Assembly (NCBI GenBank): GCA_037381445.1 | Contig: JARRQT010000015.1 | Span: 1 to 22,471 of the forward strand | Origin: Calditrichia bacterium | GTDB lineage: Bacteria; Calditrichota; Calditrichia; RBG-13-44-9 | Direction of reading: 5' to 3' | Length of the DNA: 22,471 nt | Shown here: positions 1 to 8,473 of the stretch, in pieces | Layout: every line of letters starts with the position of its first letter | How positions within the stretch are numbered: position 1 is the stretch's first letter | Program-made: the position numbers and the translations under genes | The notes under the pieces: generated by a model | Databases searched by the model: none | What the model saw: the letters and a program-made list of their open reading frames with translations, nothing else | What the model was told of the DNA's origin: nothing

Positions 1-273
1 ATTACCATAGAATATTAAGAAGACGGCGTGCTTCTGGTAAAAGAACTGGATAAGGAAGTTCTTTCCAAAGGCGCCTGGACGACCATCATTTTCAAATACC
101 AGGACTGGGACCGCACCAGGGAAGAATATGGACCGGAAAAGTTCACCATTCGCCGTTTCCGCAAAATCAGGGGCGAATATATTCAGCAAAGCAAATTTAA
201 TATTTCGAGCCTTGACCAGGCCCGGAAAATTATAGATATCCTGCAGAAATGGCTGCAGGAAAGCGCGAAATGA
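1..273 (+). CDS. Conserved hypothetical protein, probably 5'-truncated by the window edge, with an in-frame TAA at 16-18 (open frame from GTG 28 is 81 aa)
   Basis: Frame 1 reads ITIEY*EDGVLLVKELDKEVLSKGAWTTIIFKYQ...TIRRFRK..GEY...SKFNISS...ARKII. It is protein-like, there is no SD before GTG 28, and it ends at TGA 271-273. Confidence 0.65.
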
Positions 274-328
274 AATACTCTATGTTTTGATATATCCAGT
301 GTGTGAATTCGGCACGCCGGCGAAGCAA

Positions 329-2785
329 TTAATCTTCACCGTTGTTGCCGTTTTTGCTGCTGTCTTCTTTCTCTCCGGATTTTTTCTTTGTTTCCCCCAG
401 GCTTTTGCGGAAGTCGCTGGCCCTTTTGGAGTAGGCGCGAAGCTGATGCTCAACCAGACAATAGAGCGATCCCCTGGGGAAACGCCTATTGCGGAGCCGC
501 GATCCCGCCTCTTTTCCGGTAAGAACCTTGAGGCCGTCTTCGATTGACTCCACTGCCCAGATATTGAATTTCTTTTTCCGCACGGCATCGATGATCTCTG
601 ATTTCAGGTTCAGGTTATCAATGTTGCTGGCGGGAATCATGACTCCCTGCTCGCCGTTCAAACCCTTTTCCCGGCACACCTCAAAAAATCCCTCTATTTT
701 CTGGTTGACGCCGCCGATTGCCTGGATTTCACCATTCTGGTTCACCGATCCGGTGACCGCAATCCCCTGCTTGAGCGGAACGCCTGAGAGGCTGGAAATC
801 AGCGCATACAGTTCGGTGGAGGAGGCGCTGTCTCCGTCAATCATGGAATAACTCTGTTCAAATGTCAGGCTGGCGGAAAAGGCCAGGGGGATATATTCAC
901 CGAATTTGGAATTGAAAAAACCGCTCAGAATCAGCAGGCCTTTGTCATGGATTTTCCCGCTGAGCCGGGCTTTCCTTTCGATATTGACCACGTTTTCGGT
1001 CCCGATATAGGTTTTTGCAGTGATCCTGGCGGGACGGCCGAAGCTGTGTTCCCCGAGAGAGTAAACGGACAATCCGTTTATTTGTCCGACCTTTTCACCC
1101 CCGGTATCGATGCGGTAAATGTTGCGTTTATACATTTCCTGAATTTTTTCCTGCACCATGCTGTGCCGGTATTCATACTCCGAAATGGCCTTTTGGACAT
1201 GCTGGGCCCGGACGATGTTCTGCCCGTCTTTGCGGGAAAAGTAGGTGGCCTCGCGGATCACGCTCACCAGCGAACCGAATCTCAGGCTGATTTTCTCCTG
1301 ATCGTCCACCAGACGATGGCCGTAATAAACAACCTCGCGGACGGCGGAGCGGTGGAAAGGGAACAGCTTTTCTTCATCGCAGACCTTGCGGATGAAGTGG
1401 GCGTATTTCAGAATGCTGTCTTTCGTGGAGTTGGTTTCATAATCAAAATCCGCCCTGACCTTGAATATTTTGCTGAAATCCTGGTCATAGGACTGCAGCG
1501 TGTAGTAGATCTGGTTCCAGCCGATCAAAATGACCTTCAGGTTCAGCGGTATGGTCTGGGGACGCAATCCCGCCGGGCTGAGGTAGCCGGAAAGTCCCGC
1601 CACATCTTCAACCCGGATTTCCCTGGTTTTAATGGCGCGCTTCAGGGCATCGTAGACATAGGGATTGTTCAGCACATGAAAGGCCTCCGTCATGAGATAG
1701 CCCCCATTGGCCTTGTGCAGACTTCCCCCTTTTATCATGGTGAAATCAGTGACCTGCGCTCCCATTATCATCTGCTTTTCGATACGGCCGAACAGATTGT
1801 TGTAGGTCGGATTCGGCTCATAAATCACCGGGGCGCCCTCTGTGCCGCTGTTGTCCACAACCACATTGACATGGTAGCGCTTAAAATGATTCATGCCGTT
1901 AGCGCGGACGTTTTCCTTCTCGCTTTCTTTGCGGGTCTGACTCAGGAACTCGTTGATATTTGTGATAACATCCTTGCTGACCTTGTTTAAATATTCATTG
2001 ATTTGTTCGAATTCATGGTATTCATGTTTGATTTCATTGATATACCGGGAGACAAGGTAATTGGCGATTTTTTCATTGAGATCACGGATATCCTGTGCCG
2101 CCTGCCGGTCCAGTTTGACCAGATCGCGGACCGTGCTGTCGATCCTCTCCTGGATTTTGGCCAGATTCTTTTCAATTTCCTCTTTCTGCGCATCGCTTAA
2201 TTTCTCGTAATCTTCCGGCTTCATAGGCTCATTGCCTTTCAAAACAATAGTCTGGTAGCCGGAAGGGCTGCTCTGTATCTGGATTCCCAATGCCTTGGCT
2301 TCCGCATCCAGGTGAGTCAGAATATTGCGTTTCTGCTCATTATACTTGTTAATGATAATGGTATTCTGCTTTTCGTATTCTTCGCTGTCAAAGGTTTCCG
2401 GAATGTCTTTCTTGAGCGATTTGATCAGTTCCGCCATATCGTTCTGAAAAGCTTTGCCTTTTCCCGCGGGAAGCTCAATGGCTTGCGGCGCATCGGGATC
2501 TTCAAAATTGAAAACGTATATCCAGTCGTTGGGGCGGGGTTTCCCGGAGGCGATGTTTTTCAGGATATCATTAACAATGGTGGTTCGGCCGGTACCGGAC
2601 ATGCCGGTGACGAATACATTGTAGCCGGTGTGATCGATTTCCAGGGCCAGTTCAATGGCGCGTATGGCGCGTTCCTGTCCGATGATGCTGTCCAAAGGTT
2701 TGATGTCATCGGTAGTTTCAAAGGGGAACATCTGTAATTTAATGTTTTTTTGCAGGTCTTTGGTCTTAAGTTCGGTGATTGCCAT
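329..2785 (-). CDS. Lon-family (peptidase S16) protease of the LonC/COG1067 type with a degenerate AAA module
   Basis: 818 aa. The protease domain has IDGDSASS (Ser codon 827-829) and IGGVNQKIEGF (Lys codon 698-700), 43 residues apart as in Lon. It also has IGQERA, Walker A-like GMSGTGRT, GSLHKANGGYL and a long coiled-coil insert. Confidence 0.9.
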   Translation of the reverse strand: MAITELKTKDLQKNIKLQMFPFETTDDIKPLDSIIGQERAIRAIELALEIDHTGYNVFVTGMSGTGRTTIVNDILKNIASGKPRPNDWIYVFNFEDPDAPQAIELPAGKGKAFQNDMAELIKSLKKDIPETFDSEEYEKQNTIIINKYNEQKRNILTHLDAEAKALGIQIQSSPSGYQTIVLKGNEPMKPEDYEKLSDAQKEEIEKNLAKIQERIDSTVRDLVKLDRQAAQDIRDLNEKIANYLVSRYINEIKHEYHEFEQINEYLNKVSKDVITNINEFLSQTRKESEKENVRANGMNHFKRYHVNVVVDNSGTEGAPVIYEPNPTYNNLFGRIEKQMIMGAQVTDFTMIKGGSLHKANGGYLMTEAFHVLNNPYVYDALKRAIKTREIRVEDVAGLSGYLSPAGLRPQTIPLNLKVILIGWNQIYYTLQSYDQDFSKIFKVRADFDYETNSTKDSILKYAHFIRKVCDEEKLFPFHRSAVREVVYYGHRLVDDQEKISLRFGSLVSVIREATYFSRKDGQNIVRAQHVQKAISEYEYRHSMVQEKIQEMYKRNIYRIDTGGEKVGQINGLSVYSLGEHSFGRPARITAKTYIGTENVVNIERKARLSGKIHDKGLLILSGFFNSKFGEYIPLAFSASLTFEQSYSMIDGDSASSTELYALISSLSGVPLKQGIAVTGSVNQNGEIQAIGGVNQKIEGFFEVCREKGLNGEQGVMIPASNIDNLNLKSEIIDAVRKKKFNIWAVESIEDGLKVLTGKEAGSRLRNRRFPRGSLYCLVEHQLRAYSKRASDFRKSLGETKKKSGEKEDSSKNGNNGED

Positions 2786-2814
2786 GCGGGATTCCTGTTG
2801 TTTGGTTTTGAGTA

Positions 2815-2843
2815 AAAATATGAAAACGCTTTATGTGAATCAA
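2815..2843 (-). promoter_or_regulatory. Putative sigma70-type promoter of the Lon-type gene
   Basis: TTGATT (2838-2843) - 17 nt - TATTTT (2815-2820), about 30 nt upstream of ATG 2785. Confidence 0.5.
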
Positions 2844-2974
2844 TTAATTTTTGTTTTTGTTGAAGTTAACTGGCGGGTTATGCTTTGGGGAAGGATTTGT
2901 ATGGCAGAATTTGCCCGTTTTGGAAGATTCTTCAAATCTTCGATTAAAGCTCGGAAGGAGTTGCTGCCGCAGCG

Positions 2975-5758
2975 TTATGAGTTTTCAATATGGGTGTCCT
3001 GTTTCAAAACCTCGCGGACCTTTTGGATGAGCCCGGCCTGGGAGAACGGTTTCTGCAGGAATTGCACCGAGGTTTCCCAGACGCCTTTCGCCACGATGGT
3101 TTCCCCGGTATAACCGGACATAAAGAGCACTTTAATGTCAGGGAATTTTGTCTTCAGGTTTTCCACCAGCTTGCTGCCGTTCATGACCGGCATAATCACA
3201 TCGGTCAGCACCATATCGATGTGCTCTTCATTGTCCAGGCAGAGATCAAGTGCCTCCTGGCCGTTTGCTGCCTCCAGGATTTGATATCCCTGATTCCTCA
3301 AGGTGTTGCAGACCAGTTCACGGACCACATCCTCATCCTCGGCCACCAGAATGCGTTCTTTGCCGTTATTTCTATCAGAAATCGGTATGAGGAATTTTGC
3401 GGCAGGCACCTTTTCTTTTACCCTGGGCAGGTAGATTTTGAAAATGGCGCCTTCCCCGGCGGCACTGTATACCCAGATAAAACCGCCGCTTTGCTTCACA
3501 ATTCCATAAACTGTGGAAAGACCCAGGCCGGTGCCTTTGCCTTTGGGCTTGGTGGTGAAGAACGGTTCGAAAATTTGCTTTTGAATATCCTTATTCATGC
3601 CCGTTCCGGTATCTCGCACGGTGAGCAGCACATAATTTCCACCCTTCATGGGTTTATGAACCTTTTTTATGCTGTCATCGAGGGTGATGTTACGGGTTGT
3701 GAAGGTGAGCCTGCCGCCGTCCGGCATAGCGTCGCGGGCATTGACCACCAGATTCAGCAGGACCTGCTGGATCTGGCTGGGATCGGCCTTGATATTGCCC
3801 AGATTTTCATCGAGATCGGTTTCCAGCTCAATGTCTTCGCCAATCAGGCGCTGGAACATCTCCTTGTCATCCAGAATCAGTGAATTCAAATTTAAGACCT
3901 TTGACTGCATCACCTGCCGGCGGCTGAATGCCAGAAGCTGTTTGGTAAGCCCTTCGGCCCTTTTGCTGGCTTTGTCAATTTGGGAAATGCTCTTATACAG
4001 GGGACTGGCATCATCAAGTTTGGTGTACATCAGTTCGCAATATCCGCGGATAACAGTCAGAATATTGTTGAAATCGTGAGCAACGCCGCCTGCCAACCTT
4101 CCGATTGCCTCAATTTTTTGGGATTGGGAGAGCTGTTCCTCCAGTTGTTTGCGCTCCGAAATGTCCTTTATATTTCCCACAAATCCAACCGGATTTCCCG
4201 ATTCATCTTTCAGCAATGCTGTGCTCAACTCAATGGGGAATTCCGAACCGTCTTTTTTCACGCTTACAAATTCTATGCTCTTGATATAACCTTTTGCCAG
4301 GACGTTTTTTATCATTCTGCGGGCATTTTCATATTCATCCTTTTTGAGAAAATTCAGAACGTTTTGTCCCAGGACTTCCTTTTTGTTTGAATACCCAAAG
4401 ATCTGAATGCAGGCGCTATTCACTTCCAAAAGATTATATTCAAGATTGGTCACATAGATGCCATCCACCGAAGATTCAAAGATTGCCCGCATTTTTTCTT
4501 CCGACCCCCGCAGGGCTTCCTCAACCTGTTTTCGCTCGGTTATGTCCCTCACAATCACCAAGTCGGCCGGTTTCCCTTCATAGTTGATGATGCCGGCATT
4601 GAATTCAACGTATATCCTGTTTCCATCCCTGTCCTGCAAAATCGTCTCGTAGATGGTCGGAACCGGCATTTCCTGCATGCGCAGGCGATATCGGTCCTCA
4701 ACGCCGGCAAGCTCTGCGGGATCCACGTATTTTTCAAAAGAGGTTCCAACCACCTCATCTGTGGTTCTGCCCAGCATTTCCGCCAGGCGGGGATTGATGT
4801 ATTTGATGATTCTGTCCTGGACAATAGTGATGCCGTCACTGGCGCGCTCCACGAAAAGACGGTATTTTTCCTCGCTCTCCCGAAGGGCTTCTTCCGTCTT
4901 CTTGCGCTGGGTAATATCCCGTACGATGGCCAAAAGGTGGGGGACGCCGGAAAGTTCAATTCTTTTCAGGCTTACCTCCGTTTCGAATTCTGTTCCATCC
5001 ATGCGGCTGTGGGTCCATTCGAAAAATTGCGGGATTCCGTCATAGGCCTGGTTGATTTTTTCCAGTGATTTTTGCCTGGAATTCCGGCCGCCATGCTGCA
5101 GTTCGGGAGAAAATTCGGAAGGCAGACTATCGATGATCTGTTCCCGCGAACAGCCGAATATTTCCAATGTTTTGGTATTGCAGTCAACGAAACGGTCATC
5201 CTTCAGTACAAAAATTGCATCACTGGCATGCTCGAAAAGGGACCGGTATCTTTCTTCGCTTTCTCTCAGCGCCTGATTGGAGGTTTTCCGTTCGGTTATA
5301 TCGCGTATGATGACCTGGTCCGCCAACTTGCCCTGAAACCGAATTTTAGTACCCAGCGCTTCCACCCATTTTTCTTCGCCCGCTAAAGTCCTGATTCTAT
5401 ACTCCGCAAGAAATCCGCCCTTGCCATTTTTTACCATTTGCAGATGGTCCAAAACCAGGGTACGGAATTCCGGCTCCACCAGATCCAGTACATTAAGCTT
5501 CAGGGCTTTATCAGGCAGATCCCTGCCGATCAGACGGGCGGCGGCGTTATTTGCGAATAATATGGAACCTTCCCAGGAGACTATGATATGAGCATCCAGC
5601 ATGGTATCCACTAGCGAGCGGAAAAGCCCTTCTTTCTCGCGGAGTTTCCTGTTCAGCTTTTTTATTTTCTTCTCATTTTCTTCGGATCTTTTAAGATGCT
5701 TCCGCAACTCAGCTAATTCTTCGAGAAGCTGCTCCCTGCTTTCGGCTATTTCTTCCAT
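2975..5758 (-). CDS. Soluble hybrid sensor histidine kinase/response regulator (4 PAS-PAC, HisKA, HATPase, REC; CckA-like architecture)
   Basis: Four (R/K)DI(T/S)(E/Q)RK PAC linkers; H-box LAGGVAHDFNNIL; N-box NLVVNARDAM; DTGTGM, FEPFFTTK and GTGLGL; receiver ILVAEDE...LTDVIMP...MSG...FLQKP. No transmembrane segment. Confidence 0.93.
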   Translation of the reverse strand: MEEIAESREQLLEELAELRKHLKRSEENEKKIKKLNRKLREKEGLFRSLVDTMLDAHIIVSWEGSILFANNAAARLIGRDLPDKALKLNVLDLVEPEFRTLVLDHLQMVKNGKGGFLAEYRIRTLAGEEKWVEALGTKIRFQGKLADQVIIRDITERKTSNQALRESEERYRSLFEHASDAIFVLKDDRFVDCNTKTLEIFGCSREQIIDSLPSEFSPELQHGGRNSRQKSLEKINQAYDGIPQFFEWTHSRMDGTEFETEVSLKRIELSGVPHLLAIVRDITQRKKTEEALRESEEKYRLFVERASDGITIVQDRIIKYINPRLAEMLGRTTDEVVGTSFEKYVDPAELAGVEDRYRLRMQEMPVPTIYETILQDRDGNRIYVEFNAGIINYEGKPADLVIVRDITERKQVEEALRGSEEKMRAIFESSVDGIYVTNLEYNLLEVNSACIQIFGYSNKKEVLGQNVLNFLKKDEYENARRMIKNVLAKGYIKSIEFVSVKKDGSEFPIELSTALLKDESGNPVGFVGNIKDISERKQLEEQLSQSQKIEAIGRLAGGVAHDFNNILTVIRGYCELMYTKLDDASPLYKSISQIDKASKRAEGLTKQLLAFSRRQVMQSKVLNLNSLILDDKEMFQRLIGEDIELETDLDENLGNIKADPSQIQQVLLNLVVNARDAMPDGGRLTFTTRNITLDDSIKKVHKPMKGGNYVLLTVRDTGTGMNKDIQKQIFEPFFTTKPKGKGTGLGLSTVYGIVKQSGGFIWVYSAAGEGAIFKIYLPRVKEKVPAAKFLIPISDRNNGKERILVAEDEDVVRELVCNTLRNQGYQILEAANGQEALDLCLDNEEHIDMVLTDVIMPVMNGSKLVENLKTKFPDIKVLFMSGYTGETIVAKGVWETSVQFLQKPFSQAGLIQKVREVLKQDTHIENS

Positions 5759-5883
5759 TACAATACCTGTAATTGTTTCTACGTGCTGACCAAAATAAAA
5801 TCAGGAGAGCAGAACCGGTTTCCTCCGCTCTCAATGGCGCTTTCATTAGGCCGCTGCTGATTTTCTGAATATTATCGGTTTTA

Positions 5884-5912
5884 AAAGTAAATTGTTTATA
5901 ATAAATATTCAA
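5884..5912 (-). promoter_or_regulatory. Putative promoter of the hybrid kinase
   Basis: TTGAAT (5907-5912) - 17 nt - TACTTT (5884-5889). The context is AT-rich, so a chance match is possible. Confidence 0.4.
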
Positions 5913-6146
5913 AGAAATATTGAGCATTCTGCAGGCTGCGCTATCAAACAATATTTACACAAGCCAATTTTAGCTGAAAAATAAACCGGCAGGGGCGTGT
6001 TTGGTTTGCGGTCAAGGCATGAAAAGATCCAGCGCTAGGATTGTCTTGGTTTTTGGCTTTAATCGGGAACCTGTAGATTTTGATGAGGAACAGGCTGCCG
6101 CAGATTTGGAGTGGCAGATTTTCAAGTGACATGCCGGTGTCAGCTG

Positions 6147-6518
6147 CTACAGATAAAAAGCGTGTTCAAAATGGCGGATTTCATATTTGTTGGGTTTGCC
6201 GTCAATGACGATCACATCAAACCGATAGGAATTGTTGGGAATGTGATACTCCTGGCTGTTTTGAATGAAAACGCTTGCCAATTTGTAGAGCTGTCTTTTT
6301 TTCGAGGGGGTGATTCTCAGTTCAGGCGGCCCATAAAGTTCACTGGATCCGCTTTTGACTTCAACGAAGGTGAGGCAGTCACCGTCAAGGGCGATAATAT
6401 CAATGTCGCCCCGTTCCGCCCGCCAGTTCCGGAAAAGAATCCGGTACCCCTTTTTCCCGAGGAATTCTGCTGCAATATCCTCTCCCCATTTTCCCTTGTC
6501 GGAAGTACTTTTAACCAC
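6147..6518 (-). CDS. yraN: YraN family (UPF0102) putative endonuclease
   Basis: GKWGEDIAAEFL..KGYRIL.RNWR...GDIDIIA......FVEVK...RFDVI...H...AF pattern; GTG start preceded by GGGAGAG. Confidence 0.9.
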   Translation of the reverse strand: MVKSTSDKGKWGEDIAAEFLGKKGYRILFRNWRAERGDIDIIALDGDCLTFVEVKSGSSELYGPPELRITPSKKRQLYKLASVFIQNSQEYHIPNNSYRFDVIVIDGKPNKYEIRHFEHAFYL

Positions 6519-6544
6519 GATTCTCTCCCGGTTAAAAAATGGAT

Positions 6545-7417
6545 TTATTGGGATTCCTGCAGCCGGAACGCCATAAGCGTATTTTTGAGCAGCATGGCAA
6601 TGGTCATCGGACCTACTCCGCCCGGTACCGGGGTAATGGCAGACGCCTTTTCAGCGACTTCGTCAAAAGCGACATCGCCAACCAGGCGATAGCCTTTTTC
6701 GTTATCGGCATCTACCCGATTTGTGCCGACATCAATGACCACCACGCCTTCGTTCACCATATTTCCTTTTACCACCTCCGGGCTTCCCGCTGCTGCTACC
6801 AGAATATCCGCCTGCCGGGTGAATTTGGAGATATCTTTTGCCGCGGTATGAACGATGCTGACAATGGCGTTGGCTTTCGCGCTTTTCTGAACGAGCATCA
6901 TTGCCAGCGGTTTGCCCACGATATTGCTTCTTCCCAGAATGACCACATGTTTTCCCTGCAAAGCGATTTCGTAATGATTCAGCAGCTCGACGATTCCGGC
7001 AGGAGTAGCGGGCAAAAACACAGGCTGGCCAATCATCAATCGCCCCACATTGTAGGGATGAAAGCAGTCCACGTCCTTCCGCGGATTCACGGCCTCTATA
7101 ATTTTTTGAGAATCGATATGAGAGGGCAGGGGGAGCTGCACCAGCAGTCCATGGTATTTGGGATCGTTATTGTAATCATCAACTTTTTTCAGCAGGTCCG
7201 ATTCTGTAATCTCTGTGGGGAGCCGGTCGGTAATGGAATGAATTCCTACCTGCTCGCAGGCCTTCCCTTTCATTCTCACATAAACCTGCGAGGCAGGATC
7301 GTTTCCCACCAGAATAACCGCCAACCCGGGCTTCTTCCTGGGAAGCTGCTCGACTTCCTGCGCCACTTCTTCGCGTATTCCGGCAGCAACAACTTTTCCG
7401 TCAATGATTTTGGACAT
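6545..7417 (-). CDS. folD: Bifunctional 5,10-methylene-THF dehydrogenase/methenyl-THF cyclohydrolase
   Basis: IIDGK, GLAVILVG.DPASQVYVRMK, LVQLPLP, KDVD, GRSNIVGKP and ITPVPGGVGPMT. Start placed at ATG 7417 because SD AGGAG at 7428-7432 is too close to TTG 7426. It overlaps the ymdB end by 17 nt. Confidence 0.96.
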   Translation of the reverse strand: MSKIIDGKVVAAGIREEVAQEVEQLPRKKPGLAVILVGNDPASQVYVRMKGKACEQVGIHSITDRLPTEITESDLLKKVDDYNNDPKYHGLLVQLPLPSHIDSQKIIEAVNPRKDVDCFHPYNVGRLMIGQPVFLPATPAGIVELLNHYEIALQGKHVVILGRSNIVGKPLAMMLVQKSAKANAIVSIVHTAAKDISKFTRQADILVAAAGSPEVVKGNMVNEGVVVIDVGTNRVDADNEKGYRLVGDVAFDEVAEKASAITPVPGGVGPMTIAMLLKNTLMAFRLQESQ

Positions 7418-8210
7418 TGTTGTCAAACTCCTGTTTGCTAAAATTCAAACGGGTAATTTTTGTTGTTTTACCGCTGGCATCGTCGATTTCAAAAATCACT
7501 CCATTGAAGCGGAGGTTCTCGCTGGCCATATTATAGTAGACATGCGTCTGCAGGATGAACCGGTCAATGGCGCGCTGGGTCTCCATGCCGATTACGGAAT
7601 CGAAGGGTCCGCACATGCCCGCATCGGTGATGTAACCGGTTCCTTTCGGCAAAATGCGTTCATCAGCAGTCTGAACATGGGTGTGCGTGCCGGCCACTAC
7701 TGAGACTTTGCCGTCCAGATACCAACCCAGCGCCTGTTTTTCGGCAGTTGCTTCGGCGTGGAAATCTACAAAGATAACCGGTGTTTCCGATCTGAGCCGG
7801 CGTATCTCCTTCTGGGCGGTGGTGAAAGGACAATTAATGGTGGACATAAAGCTGCGTCCCTGCAAATTCAGTACGGCCACTTTCGATCCGTTTGGCGCCG
7901 TGATGACACTGGAACCTACGCCAATATTTCCTTCCGGGTAATTCAAGGGCCGGAGAAGGTAGCCCGCGTATTTAATCAGCACGTCCTTTTTCCGGACTTC
8001 CCAGATATGATTCCCGGAGGTCATGCAATGTATGCCGCCCGCTTTCAATTTTTCAACCTGCCGTGGAATAATACCTTTCCCTTTGTCGGTATTTTCCACA
8101 TTGGCGATAACAAAATCCAGGTTGTACTGGTTCCGCAGCCTCGGCAATACATCCAGAATAATATCAATGACTTCTTCACCAACTATATCCGCGATAAAAA
8201 GAATATTCAT
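7401..8210 (-). CDS. ymdB: YmdB-like metallophosphoesterase (TIGR00282 type)
   Basis: ILFIADIVG, N.EN, TSGNHIW, LRPLNYP, VDFHAEATAEK, GTHTHVQTAD and YITDAGMCGP motifs; position downstream of rny. Confidence 0.92.
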   Translation of the reverse strand: MNILFIADIVGEEVIDIILDVLPRLRNQYNLDFVIANVENTDKGKGIIPRQVEKLKAGGIHCMTSGNHIWEVRKKDVLIKYAGYLLRPLNYPEGNIGVGSSVITAPNGSKVAVLNLQGRSFMSTINCPFTTAQKEIRRLRSETPVIFVDFHAEATAEKQALGWYLDGKVSVVAGTHTHVQTADERILPKGTGYITDAGMCGPFDSVIGMETQRAIDRFILQTHVYYNMASENLRFNGVIFEIDDASGKTTKITRLNFSKQEFDNNVQNH

Positions 8211-8409
8211 AAATAACTAACATCCCCTGTGGTCAATTTTCTGTTTTTTTATGAATCAGATGGAAAAAGGATTCATTTTTTCACGAATGCCCGGCTCAAT
8301 AAAAGGCAATCAGGCAGTTGCGACTTTTGAACCTTTAAATGTAGAAGAATTGTTTCTTTAATGAAAGTTTTATTTCGGAAAATTCCGGGCCTAAAAGGAA
8401 AAACCGGGC

Positions 8410-8446
8410 AAAGAAAAACCCACTCCTCCGCAGAAGAATGGGTTTT
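8410..8446 (-). terminator. Intrinsic terminator after rny
   Basis: Minus strand reads AAAACCCATTCTTC-TGCG-GAGGAGTGGGTTTT followed by TCTTT. The G-U pairs work only on the minus strand. Confidence 0.75.
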
Positions 8447-8473
8447 GCATGTATAAAATTCGGGAATTAGAGA

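Noticed and set aside
947..1990. Long plus-strand ORFs (347 aa here; also 2990-3883, 6539-7441, 13380-14342 and others)
   Set aside because: They are antisense shadows of well-supported minus-strand genes, with no recognisable motifs or SD.
4330..4420. LOV photoreceptor motif in the kinase PAS4 domain
   Set aside because: The sequence is GQNVLNFL, which lacks the NCRFLQ cysteine motif.
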